Source of the DNA: Anaerolineae bacterium
Lineage (GTDB): Bacteria; Chloroflexota; Anaerolineae; Aggregatilineales; Aggregatilineaceae
DNA: 64,000 nt
Reading direction: 5' to 3'
Assembly (NCBI GenBank): GCA_018432315.1
Contig: JAHDLB010000022.1
Location: 12,247-76,246 of the forward strand
This document shows positions 11,201 through 19,613 of this stretch, in pieces; the first letter of the stretch is position 1, and each line of letters opens with the position of its first letter. Below the pieces are notes generated by a model. That model did not search any database. It was given only the letters and a program-made list of their open reading frames with translations, and was not told where the DNA came from. The position numbers and the translations under genes were made by a program.

Positions 11201-11881
11201 TTGGAACCATCTCAGGCTCTGTTTGATGAGCTTCCAATACTGCTCCGCGTCGATGAGGCCAACGAGCTGAGCCAGATTACGGCGCGTGTTGATAGCCTCA
11301 TGACAGAGATTAGTAATGCCTATCTCGATTTGCAGCGGCGACTGGATGTGTTTGCTATCGAGGAGTTCGGACAGGGTATTCAGCAACCGGATGGGCTGAA
11401 TGCGATGCGAACCTGGATCGGACAAATTCAGGGAGTCAATGGGCGCCCGATCACCGAGTTCCGGTTCGGGTCGTTGGTTACCCAGGATTTGGTCGATACG
11501 CTCCTCGCCTCGACGAACGGTGATGGGCAGTTCTGGGATAAGGCGTCAGTCGCTGTGTTGGGTGTACAACTACGCGACTGGAATGACAACAGTGAAGAAC
11601 GCTTTTATGAGCGGCTCCGGACGGCACGTGACGAAGTAGAACGTGAAGTAAGCGAGCTGATCGAGGAAGACGCGGTCGTCGCGCTGTCGCTTCAGTTACC
11701 AAATGATCAAGCCCAGGAATACCGTTTCCGCCATTCCGATCTGTCAACACAGGGCAAGCACTTGCTCCAGAACTTCAAGTCCACACTAGATATCGCCGGA
11801 CGTCCACTTTCGATGGACGAAAAGCGCCAGATAGCCGTGGCATTTCTCACCTACGTGATGGGAGAAGATATTGACGACTGA
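8213..11881 (+). CDS. sspC: Large P-loop ATPase (SspC-type)
   Basis: 1222 aa with Walker A AAYGSGKSHF and Walker B GLVVLWDEFGRY. It overlaps sspB by 22 nt and sspA by 11 nt. Confidence 0.65.
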   Translation: MATATPLIQTASRFQRAIHVRYDLRDAETIRQYIPTYSAANALSSILVGTRADGTQRAHVLYAAYGSGKSHFAVALAGLLENDAALRAAVLRFVENVSETDQRAGDFAHEYLKRDMRLLPVVLSGNEGDLTTALLRALSRSLHEAGLGDVQLATRFEAALSIIHRWGQAYPDVLNRLAEMTRQQVGLELEDLLEQLERHDSQAFDVFEDIYPHLTGGATFDPFSGQTPDLVYRDVAAQLCGLGYDGLVVLWDEFGRYLEARASQAFSDEAALLQNFAEACNYSSDKQMHLLLLTHKELQGYAATLPKTYQQEWSRIEGRFQRHNLSTDPYIAYRLIDAAIQHPDEARVDALLDAELDFLVRWSREKHLFGVLESEAVARLIRGTWPLHPLTVFALTHLSNRVAQNERTMFTFLTADELHSLSNTFSAISYDDPRDILVRPDTLWDYFQDAIRSDIGGTGTHHFWSGVIHALDKVATGDMLTAALVKTLGVLLVCAEFTAVKPDTDTLCWAVGADSHDQRAAVIATLENLRRRKVVIHREIDGYWKFIAGSDINFEERLHQVLERINPTSAQLRRVLQEYVPAPHTLARRYNQEHAMIRYFTGMYRWPQEMEGTPWDTQLARERADGLVIYVLARDDVDWDRTFQVLQAHNRVVYVLPRRDDVLVSIEGILRELIGLQNISNDASLKQHEDRARIQREIDWLLEDAQTRLERTIAALVDPREDKSVWVVVDGDTARCYPVNSLGQTTKIVSDICAEVFPQTPVFNSEGLNVYQPSTQQQSAAQKVIDALFVNPPSETFGMEGRGPEILALNTLLQLPGILCQDDDKEWMIARPDDHALLADVWDEITEYLATCRVDQGRPLDPLIEQLTSPPYGLRPGVIPVLLAAVLRDSLIVTTVRRDGRAVTPVDGALLIKAVFEPNHYSFELGEWNETLEHLRRALETQFSVYIHQNERNQQPLTMLQMSMLRWLQSLPPFCRDTRRISQDAQAFRELVRKAQLEPSQALFDELPILLRVDEANELSQITARVDSLMTEISNAYLDLQRRLDVFAIEEFGQGIQQPDGLNAMRTWIGQIQGVNGRPITEFRFGSLVTQDLVDTLLASTNGDGQFWDKASVAVLGVQLRDWNDNSEERFYERLRTARDEVEREVSELIEEDAVVALSLQLPNDQAQEYRFRHSDLSTQGKHLLQNFKSTLDIAGRPLSMDEKRQIAVAFLTYVMGEDIDD

Positions 11882-13031
11882 GGACCGTATCATCTATCTG
11901 GACAACGCTGCGACGACGTTTCCCAAACCCGAAGTGGTCTATCAAACGATGGACCACTTTTACCGAAATTTCGGAGGCAACGCTGGACGCGGTTCCAATC
12001 CGCTGGCTCGCAAAGCTGCTACTCTGGTCGAGGAAACGCGATCGTTACTTAGGTCGTGGCTTGACGCTCCCGAAGTCATCTTCCAACCATCTGCAACGAT
12101 TGCACTCAATACGGCAATCCTGGGAGCGGGTTTGAGTGCGGGGGACATCGTGTATGTTTCCCCGTTTGAGCATAACTCGGTTTTGCGGCCACTTGAGCAT
12201 CTTCGCCAGACAGTAGGCATTCAAATAGAAGTGCTGCCATTTGATAGGCAGACGCTCGAATGCAAGCTCGACGAAGTGAAAGCCCTGTTTCGGCTCGATC
12301 CCCCGGCGATGGTGTGCGTGTCCTTGGTGAGTAATGTGCTTGGTCTGATACTGCCAGTTGGCAAGATTTGCCAGTTTGCCAAGCAGATTTCTTCTCGTGC
12401 AATAACCATCGTTGACGGTGCGCAGGCCGCAGGGTTGATCCCAGTTGATATGGTTCACGTAGATGCCCTGGTTTTTTCTGGACATAAATCGTTGTACGGA
12501 CCCTACGGGATCGCGGGAATTACATTTGGTACAGACTGGCGGCCCTCCCCAGTCATTCGAGGCGGAACTGGTACCCAGTCTGAAAGCATCGATATGCCAC
12601 TCGACGGGCCATCTCGATTTGAGGCTGGAAGTCAGAATATAGCGGCTGTTGCGGGCTTAAAAGCGGCACTTGAGTGGCTAGGCCAAACCGGGCAAGATAG
12701 CATTTGTAGGCATTCGCAGGAACTTTCCGCTCTGCTCTATGAGACGCTAGTTCAGTACCCCCGTGTCGTAGTTCATTTTCCTGCTGATCACAAGAAACAT
12801 TTTGGATCAATCTCATTTTCGGTTGATGGGGTTATGCCCCAAGCAGTTGAAACGGCGCTGGGGTCCAGCGGCGTTGCTGTTCGAGCAGGGCTTCATTGTG
12901 CGCCTTGGTGCCATGAGTTTATCGGCACAATGGCAGCGGGTGGAACGACGAGAGTGAGCGTTGGCCATTTCACCGACGAAAACGACGTCGCTGAATTTGC
13001 TACCAAGTTCGATAAGATAGTTCGTGGATAA
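11871..13031 (+). CDS. sspA: Cysteine desulfurase, class V aminotransferase (SspA-type)
   Basis: 386 aa with IIYLDNAATTFPKP at the N-terminus, the PLP-lysine motif VFSGHKSLYGPYG and the active-site Cys in RAGLHCAPW. Confidence 0.85.
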   Translation: MTTEDRIIYLDNAATTFPKPEVVYQTMDHFYRNFGGNAGRGSNPLARKAATLVEETRSLLRSWLDAPEVIFQPSATIALNTAILGAGLSAGDIVYVSPFEHNSVLRPLEHLRQTVGIQIEVLPFDRQTLECKLDEVKALFRLDPPAMVCVSLVSNVLGLILPVGKICQFAKQISSRAITIVDGAQAAGLIPVDMVHVDALVFSGHKSLYGPYGIAGITFGTDWRPSPVIRGGTGTQSESIDMPLDGPSRFEAGSQNIAAVAGLKAALEWLGQTGQDSICRHSQELSALLYETLVQYPRVVVHFPADHKKHFGSISFSVDGVMPQAVETALGSSGVAVRAGLHCAPWCHEFIGTMAAGGTTRVSVGHFTDENDVAEFATKFDKIVRG

Positions 13032-13099
13032 CATCCCCATCCGTTAGGCGTTGGAAATGAAATGTACGTGAATAATGAACACAGTGACTGACCCGGGTG

Positions 13100-14086
13100 T
13101 CATACTCGACGGAACACTTCAGAATATCGAGGGATTGAATGTTCGTATCTGGTTGGCAAAAAGGCTATCAACCACCGCATCAGAGTTTGCCAGGCTCGGT
13201 CACCGTCAAAACTTGTCATTTGAGCACATGGTAACGACGCCAACAATTGCACAACGGCGCCGAAGCGCTGAGATTCACTCACATAATCATCCACTTGCTT
13301 GATAATTGGAAACTGCAACAACAGCGTTCCCACGTATTGTTCAAATTGCTCGCCACTCAACCCGGTTGGGACATCTAGGAAGGATAGATCAGATAAAGCT
13401 GACTCTCTGGCTGCAGCAGTGAGATCATCAAACCTGCCCTGGTAGGCCACGAATAGTTTTTCAGGTGACCTCAAGGTTGGAATCCAGGCTTCACGCTTCA
13501 TTCGAGGGTACGACGTTTCAGATTCAGTTTGAGGCAGATTCTGCTGTGTGTTGACGGAGGGACGGAAATCGGCTGAACGCAGTGCATCTGCCATCGTTTT
13601 AGCCCGGTCAAAAACATCTTGATCGATCTCAACACAACCCTCAAGCAATTCCCGCTCGAATTTGATCAACATGTCATCATGAGCAGTAGCGATCAGCAGT
13701 TCTAGGTTTGGGTTTCTCGTCCAGCCCAGTGCAGTTAATGTCAGATTTGCTGATCCAATCAAGCAGTGACGATCTGCTCGATAGTACTTCGCGTGCAGAT
13801 CGTTTCTTAACCAAAGCGATGACTGGTTCCGCGTTTGCAGGAAGGGCCAAATCTCAATATCGCTCACACCAGAGGCAATTTCCTCTGGCCGCCAGCGCGT
13901 AACGCATGTTATGCTTACGTCTTTAGCCGCACTTTCGAGCAGGCGCTTCAGCGCCTGCAACTTGATGAATGGCGCGACAAGTAGTAATTCGCACTTCGCT
14001 TGTTGACAAAGCGTTTCCAACTGATAGCCAGGGTTGTTCACTGATTTCCGTTCCGCCTCAGCACATCTTTTAGTCGACGCCCCCAA
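13100..14086 (-). CDS. Single-HKD phospholipase-D-family nuclease
   Basis: HKD motif LHAKYYRADRHCLIGSANLT (HxKx4Dx5GSxN). The likely true start is GTG at 14041, which overlaps the upstream TGA as GTGA. Confidence 0.75.
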   Translation of the reverse strand: MGASTKRCAEAERKSVNNPGYQLETLCQQAKCELLLVAPFIKLQALKRLLESAAKDVSITCVTRWRPEEIASGVSDIEIWPFLQTRNQSSLWLRNDLHAKYYRADRHCLIGSANLTLTALGWTRNPNLELLIATAHDDMLIKFERELLEGCVEIDQDVFDRAKTMADALRSADFRPSVNTQQNLPQTESETSYPRMKREAWIPTLRSPEKLFVAYQGRFDDLTAAARESALSDLSFLDVPTGLSGEQFEQYVGTLLLQFPIIKQVDDYVSESQRFGAVVQLLASLPCAQMTSFDGDRAWQTLMRWLIAFLPTRYEHSIPRYSEVFRRV

Positions 14087-15810
14087 CCACTACGTGCGTC
14101 TTCCGTTCTTTCTCGGACCCTTCGAGACGGTTGGTTTTCTTCAAATTCCGCCCAAGCTATAAGTAGCAACTTCATTGTCTCACCAGCATCAAACGGTTTT
14201 TGTCCTTGTGGCGTAACCGACTTGCCATTGCTCGATGGCTCAATCAGATCCATTACTCGCGCATAGATAGGATGATTAGAGTTGATTATTATGTTGGCAA
14301 CGTTGCCTTCGTTTTTGATTGCAAAGAACGAGTGATCATCTATCTCTGCCGACGAAAAAACATAGTGTATGCCACAATCAATTGTTATGGCATGAAGATT
14401 GTCTTCACTATCGGATTGAGCACCCAGGCTACTATGTCGATTTGATATAGGCTGCCCGTCGGCTTTTTGCAGTAGTTGAGGCTGAAGGTATTCGCCCATT
14501 TCCAACTCGTCGTGCGGGGAACTCTCGTGTCCTGTCTCTTTTTCTCCTGGTAGTTCCTGGAGAGATGGCTGGACGTTCGTTTGTGTGCTGGTCGCGTGTG
14601 GCTCGTGGTTCTGGTCGCGTTTCCTCAAATGGTATACGTACACAGGCGCGAGCGTAGTGTGTGCTGGGGGTTCTTCAGGTTCAGCCAATATGTGTTGCTG
14701 CCTAAGAGTTTGAAGTTGTTCGTATATATCACGATGATGAACTGCTACACCGAGCCGCCTGGTCAACGCCCCCTGCAGTTCTCCGATAGTGGCGGTTTCA
14801 CGTTGACCCAGAAACTCTAGTATTGTTTCCCGAATCTGATCGGGTGTGACGGCGGGTTTTTCCTTTGTTCTGGGGTCTTGCCCATCCATCTTCTTCAGTC
14901 GAAACATTAAGACGGGATGTTGAGGTGTACTCGATGCGTGTGGTTCTGGGCGTGCGAGAAAGCCCGCTTTATGAAGCCCTCTCAGCGCTTGGTTTATTTG
15001 GGTGGGATCAATCCTGTGATCATATATCCGTGCTAACTCGTCTACCAAATCCCGCGACGTGATCATCTCAGAATTCTCAAGAATCCTCATGATACATTCC
15101 GACAGATCCGATTCCAGATGGGGTAACTGTAGCTCGACGTTTTCGTGTTCTTCTGCTGCTGGTTTTGCAGCAAGTTCGTATATGAATATTGGCTGTCGAG
15201 TCGTGCTGTCTGGGTGCTCATGAGGTTCTATGACCACCTTTTTCCCCCTCAGAATTTTCAGGTGTTCATAGATGGTAAGCCCGGTGGACCGAATCCCTTG
15301 CACAGCGAGTGCGTCCACAAGCTCGGCTACTGTGGCAGATCGAAGCTCCTGAAGAGCATTGATGATGTGTTGCTCAAGATCGTATTGTTGTGGCAGTTGT
15401 CTAACCTGAGGTTTTTCGTTTGCCGCTTCGTGTCTGTTGTCAACATCTGTGTCGATTAACTTTGGGCGACTGGCATCAACAATTGGTTCTCCAGCATCGG
15501 CTTGAGCATTGGATTCGATATCCATCCAGTGCATGTGCGAGGCATTATCATAGTAGAAGTGGGTGCGCCCTTCTCGATGAAGCACGCTGTTCACGAGCGA
15601 TTTGTCTACTACGACTCCTCGGTTGGCTAACCCAACAGTGATCTGCCGACTCATGCGTGGCTGTCCGTCAGCCAGTATTTGCCGAATGTGATTCAGAATT
15701 TCCAGGCGCACGGTAAGATCGTCGTCTGCTTGGCGGTTGCCCCATGAGCGCAACAATTTCATACTTGATGTCACTCCTGCCGCATGAAATCGCGGGCTAT
15801 TTTCCCCCAA
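14038..15810 (-). CDS. Protein with four tandem winged-helix-like modules and a C-terminal domain paralogous to the C-terminus of the adjacent GHKL ATPase
   Basis: Three clear repeats share the pattern I..xL....xT..ELvdxL......IYExLxxLRxxxxxxEPxx(8-10)P[IV]x[IMV][YF]xL (aa 143-213, 233-305, 322-395), plus a more divergent first copy (aa 33-88). The C-terminal 130 aa align with aa 478-606 of ORF 15771..17591. The likely true start is ATG 15762, preceded by AGGAG. Confidence 0.6.
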   Translation of the reverse strand: MGENSPRFHAAGVTSSMKLLRSWGNRQADDDLTVRLEILNHIRQILADGQPRMSRQITVGLANRGVVVDKSLVNSVLHREGRTHFYYDNASHMHWMDIESNAQADAGEPIVDASRPKLIDTDVDNRHEAANEKPQVRQLPQQYDLEQHIINALQELRSATVAELVDALAVQGIRSTGLTIYEHLKILRGKKVVIEPHEHPDSTTRQPIFIYELAAKPAAEEHENVELQLPHLESDLSECIMRILENSEMITSRDLVDELARIYDHRIDPTQINQALRGLHKAGFLARPEPHASSTPQHPVLMFRLKKMDGQDPRTKEKPAVTPDQIRETILEFLGQRETATIGELQGALTRRLGVAVHHRDIYEQLQTLRQQHILAEPEEPPAHTTLAPVYVYHLRKRDQNHEPHATSTQTNVQPSLQELPGEKETGHESSPHDELEMGEYLQPQLLQKADGQPISNRHSSLGAQSDSEDNLHAITIDCGIHYVFSSAEIDDHSFFAIKNEGNVANIIINSNHPIYARVMDLIEPSSNGKSVTPQGQKPFDAGETMKLLLIAWAEFEENQPSRRVRERTEDARSGWGRRLKDVLRRNGNQ

Positions 15811-17591
15811 TCGGTACGTGCGTCTTGTGTACGTTCACGCGGGACTCCGTCGAGTTGTTCATCTTCATAGCGTGCCCAGGCTAGCAGTAACAGTTTCAGC
15901 CCCTTGCTAGCTCTTTGAAGACGAGACTGCAATGTCTCTATATCTTCTTCATCCTCAATGTCACCGGTTTCGAGCACTTCCAGTAACTGCTCGTAGGCGG
16001 GGTGATTGACATTAAGCAGTACCGTGATTACGCCGCCTTTTGGCCGAACTGTGAAAAATGCTGAACCTTCGAGATCTGCCACATCGAAAATGTACTTGAG
16101 ACCACTGTCAATAGTGAATGCGGCAAGCTCCTCAGCGTCTTTCTCTGGAATACCACTTGCAACTAGTGTTTCCTGGACCTGTATCTTGCGCTCCTGAACG
16201 GGCAGTGTTCTTTCTTCTTCATCGCTATGGCTGACATGCCCTTCATCACGCCGCCGCTGGGTGGCTTCTGTAGCAATCGCTGGCGGGCTTGACGGATCAG
16301 AGTGACGAGATCGCCGCTCTCGCTCACCACTTTTTTGGGCTGCAATCTGCCGACGCATCATGCGGATGTTCTTGTCGATTCGTTGCGTTATCTCATATAG
16401 CGGCAAGCGGGGGTCCTCGGCAGCTTCCAGTTCAGCTATAGTATCTTCAAACACTTGGTCTTCGGTTGCAATCATCCGTGCAATATCAGAGAAGTTTCTA
16501 GCAGACTGCTTGTTGTTCGTGACGCCGAAGAGATCATCCAGTGCCGGCGGAAAATCGATTTCGACCCCCCACCAGCGTTCGCGAGGATCGTAAGGGACAG
16601 CCCATGCTGCATCCAGCTCGAGTTCTCGATCTGCTCGCATGAGCGAAACTCCTACGTTTCTTTTGGCATGTTTGCCGTGTGGCTTGCTGCCCGCCTGAGC
16701 GCCGCTTCGGGCCTCTTCGGTCGCGATAGAAAACCGGATAATCACTTCTTGCTGTTCTCCACGAAAGCTGACAATGGGTCTGACTTCGTAGCTTTCTGGT
16801 GCTGGCCACGGCATGAACATAGGCTGCTTGTCAAAGGGGGCTGGACAGGAGGTTTCGGCCATCAGGTAACAGGGATCATTAGGGTGTGCGGCCTTCTCCG
16901 TCAATATGTTTGTGGGATTGTCCACATCAAAAGTTTTGAAAAGAATGGTTGTTCTGCCCTGAGTAATGAAGCGACGGTATATGCGTCCCACCAGTTCTTC
17001 GGAGTTATGGATGATTGCTCGTGATGTTTTCCAAAGGCAGCGATCGATCCCTGACCAGACAACAAGTGTTCCAGCGCTTTCAAAGGAGTTTGTTACGTCG
17101 AGCCATATGTTCGGAATATCGCGATAAGCTGGTTTGGGAATGCGGGTCAGAGTTCCTTCCTCGATTTCATCTAGATCCAGATAGGTATGTAGCAGCGTGT
17201 CGGGCCCGTTCGTCCAAGACCACACATCGACGCGGCGACACTGGGAAATCGATGAGGAAGGCAAGCCCATACCGAAACGGCCAATTCCCGTATGGTTCCT
17301 GGGATCTAGATACAGACCATTTCCAAACTGAAGCGCCATGTGCAGCACTTCAGCATCCATTCCACTGCCGTTGTCGAGAACCGCTATTCGATCAATACGA
17401 GAGCGTGAACGTTGGTCGACGATATCTGTTTTGTCTCCACATAAAATCTCTACACGTGAGGCTTCTGCCTGGATGGCGTTATCTACCAGTTCAGCTAGGG
17501 CGTATGCCGCGTTTTTGTAGCCACTGTCCCGCATGGCTTTGATGGCTAGGCTGGCGGGGATAATGTCGTGTTCTTCTGCTTGATTTGTCAT
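15771..17591 (-). CDS. GHKL-superfamily (MORC/HATPase_c_3-like) ATPase
   Basis: 606 aa with N-box ALAELVDNAIQA, G1 box VLDNGSGMD and G2 box GRFGMGLPSS. The start lies 3 nt after the helicase stop. Confidence 0.75.
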   Translation of the reverse strand: MTNQAEEHDIIPASLAIKAMRDSGYKNAAYALAELVDNAIQAEASRVEILCGDKTDIVDQRSRSRIDRIAVLDNGSGMDAEVLHMALQFGNGLYLDPRNHTGIGRFGMGLPSSSISQCRRVDVWSWTNGPDTLLHTYLDLDEIEEGTLTRIPKPAYRDIPNIWLDVTNSFESAGTLVVWSGIDRCLWKTSRAIIHNSEELVGRIYRRFITQGRTTILFKTFDVDNPTNILTEKAAHPNDPCYLMAETSCPAPFDKQPMFMPWPAPESYEVRPIVSFRGEQQEVIIRFSIATEEARSGAQAGSKPHGKHAKRNVGVSLMRADRELELDAAWAVPYDPRERWWGVEIDFPPALDDLFGVTNNKQSARNFSDIARMIATEDQVFEDTIAELEAAEDPRLPLYEITQRIDKNIRMMRRQIAAQKSGERERRSRHSDPSSPPAIATEATQRRRDEGHVSHSDEEERTLPVQERKIQVQETLVASGIPEKDAEELAAFTIDSGLKYIFDVADLEGSAFFTVRPKGGVITVLLNVNHPAYEQLLEVLETGDIEDEEDIETLQSRLQRASKGLKLLLLAWARYEDEQLDGVPRERTQDARTDWGKIARDFMRQE

Positions 17592-17593
17592 GT

Positions 17594-19201
17594 TTAGTCT
17601 TCCCAGACGTCTTCCCAGTTGTAGAAAGCTTCGGCAAAACTCCCAAACCCAGGGAGTTGTTGATCAACGACTGTTACAATTTCTGCGGCTTCGTTCCCAC
17701 CTGCGCGTGTTCCGCGCATAGCGCGGCCTACCATCTGGCTGTAGAGCACCAACGATTTTGTTGGGCGTGCGATTAGAGCAGCACTCGTTCGGGGAGCATC
17801 AAACCCCGTAGTCAAAACACCATAATTGCAAAGCACTTTGGGAGTGTCTTCCGGATTCATATAGTCTGCGATGATGCGAGTTCTAGTGCTGGAAGGGGTG
17901 CTGCCTGTCACGGAATAAGCCTGAATGCCTCTGGCCTGAAGGATAGCCGCGATTAAATCCGCATGTTCGACAGTCGTCGCAAACAAAAGGATACGGCTGT
18001 GTTGTTTGACGAGGCTTTCAACTTCCAACACAATCCGGAGATTTCGTTGATCGTCAGCGGCTAGCTGCTTCAGAATGCTAGGTGGGATGTCCAACAACGT
18101 TTCTAGCTGTCTGAGATCGGCATCCGATAGTTCTAAGCCGCTATTGTGAAACAGCGGGCGGAAGCTCGCTCTAGCCAAATAACCTTCGTGAATAAGGTAT
18201 TCAACCGGGTTATCAAAACCAGCAACTTTCAGAGTTACTTTGCGTCTTGCAAAAAATCTGGATAGTTGCTCGTCTGCTTCAATATCTGCCCAAGTACGGC
18301 CCGGTGTAGCAGTTAGACCAAGTAACGCAGTGTGGGGAAACGGGATAACTAGAGAGTCCAAGACCAGTTGATAGGTTTCTGCTACAGCCATATGTGCTTC
18401 GTCGATAATCACGAGCGAACAGTGCTGACCGAGAGTACCGATTTTTCGAATGCTTTGCTTCAGTAAGTTATAGAGTTTGGCGAGACCTGCAACGACAATA
18501 CCGTCTTTGACCTGTGCTAAATCAAGTTCGTAGTCTCCCCAAAAACGGTGAACCGAGATGGATCTATCTCCAAGTTGTTTCCAGGTCCGTTCAAACTCGC
18601 TTGCCGCCTGTTCACACAACTCTTCGCTGTAAGCGAGCCAAACCACAACCGTTGGTTCTGTAGCGCGGAGATGATCGGAAATGATCGACATCGCCGTCCG
18701 CGTCTTACCCGATCCTGTGGGCATGTGCAGCATTACACGGTGCGGCGGTTCTGTTAGCTGAATCTTAATTTCCCTTGCGGCCTGACGTTGATGTACGAAC
18801 AGTCCATAAGAAGAATCGAGAACCGTTGTACTGGGCGGTTGATCAACCACTTCTTCACGCGGAATAGACAAACCAAAGAAGTCGAAAAGGATCTGTTCGC
18901 GCTCAGAACCATGACGAAAACGAGCCTGTCTTAATGCCGCGTAATTATCAGTGCCATCAAGCCCTAACACTATACGCAAGCTTTCAGCTTCTTTGGGTCG
19001 CAAAAAATCAAACAGGATCCTTCTATCCTCAGGGGATAATAACAAGCCTGCCCGTGTTCGCAGATTCACGACTAGGTTGCGCAACTCACTAGGTGACATT
19101 AGTTTCGGATCAAGATGCATCAATAGCCGCACAGCATCGCCACCTACGAGCTTTTGCAGCGTTTCATCATCGAGTCGGGACAGAAGATTATCAAAATCCA
19201 A
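17594..19201 (-). CDS. SF2 DEAH-box helicase (ResIII-type)
   Basis: 535 aa with motif I HMPTGSGKTRTA, motif II VIIDEAHMAV, motif III LTATPGR and motif VI QMVGRAMRG. It is the first gene of the four-gene minus-strand operon. Confidence 0.85.
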   Translation of the reverse strand: MDFDNLLSRLDDETLQKLVGGDAVRLLMHLDPKLMSPSELRNLVVNLRTRAGLLLSPEDRRILFDFLRPKEAESLRIVLGLDGTDNYAALRQARFRHGSEREQILFDFFGLSIPREEVVDQPPSTTVLDSSYGLFVHQRQAAREIKIQLTEPPHRVMLHMPTGSGKTRTAMSIISDHLRATEPTVVVWLAYSEELCEQAASEFERTWKQLGDRSISVHRFWGDYELDLAQVKDGIVVAGLAKLYNLLKQSIRKIGTLGQHCSLVIIDEAHMAVAETYQLVLDSLVIPFPHTALLGLTATPGRTWADIEADEQLSRFFARRKVTLKVAGFDNPVEYLIHEGYLARASFRPLFHNSGLELSDADLRQLETLLDIPPSILKQLAADDQRNLRIVLEVESLVKQHSRILLFATTVEHADLIAAILQARGIQAYSVTGSTPSSTRTRIIADYMNPEDTPKVLCNYGVLTTGFDAPRTSAALIARPTKSLVLYSQMVGRAMRGTRAGGNEAAEIVTVVDQQLPGFGSFAEAFYNWEDVWED

Positions 19202-19397
19202 AGTCTATATCCTTGTTCAACCTGACACTCCTATACTTTATATTACAACCAGGAATTTTTTGCCAGCTACTTAAATGAAAACTATGTGAATTCAAACGAG
19301 CGAGTTCGGAGTTTTGAATCATTTTGCTCGAAACTGTTCCGCGGGCTTCGTTACTGCGCATATCGCGCCACGCGCCACCCATCCTCGCTAGGACCAA

Positions 19398-19613
19398 TCG
19401 ATGGGTTAGGTGCGAGTTGTTCGCCACTGTCGCACGGCGCAGGGCCGTGTCCAGCCCTGTGGGCTGCTGCGACGAGTTTCTTCCTGGCTTGCGCCGGGGC
19501 GATTGATAAGGCTAATCGCCCCTCACCAGAAACTCGTGCAGGGCTACGCCGACACGTCCCTCCGACGCGCCGTGCGCAAAAGCGGGCGAACTCGCACCTT
19601 AAAAACCCATCGA
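19398..19613. other. Core of a highly structured non-coding element (nested long-range helices); candidate ncRNA or single-stranded-DNA structure
   Basis: The outer helix pairs 19398-19440 (TCGATGGGTTAGGTGCGAG...GCACGGCGC) with 19567-19613 (GCGCCGTGC...GGCGAACTCGCACC...AACCCATCGA). Inside it, 19471-19480 pairs with 19529-19538 and there is a hairpin at 19496-19522. More perfect stems lie at 19724-19749 and 19775-19792. Confidence 0.4.

Noticed and set aside
14042-14086. ORF-track N-terminal extensions that create 40-50-nt gene overlaps (14042-14086 here; also 15763-15810, 50841-50900 and 2438-2461)
   Set aside because: In each case an internal start codon with an RBS or an ATGA/GTGA stop-start overlap gives a tidier operon structure. 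The extensions are probably not translated.
19202-19330. attL/attR direct repeats at the element ends (compared with 63828-64000)
   Set aside because: By eye I found only trivial shared hexamers such as AACCTG. Serine-integrase att cores are too short to call without an empty-site comparison.
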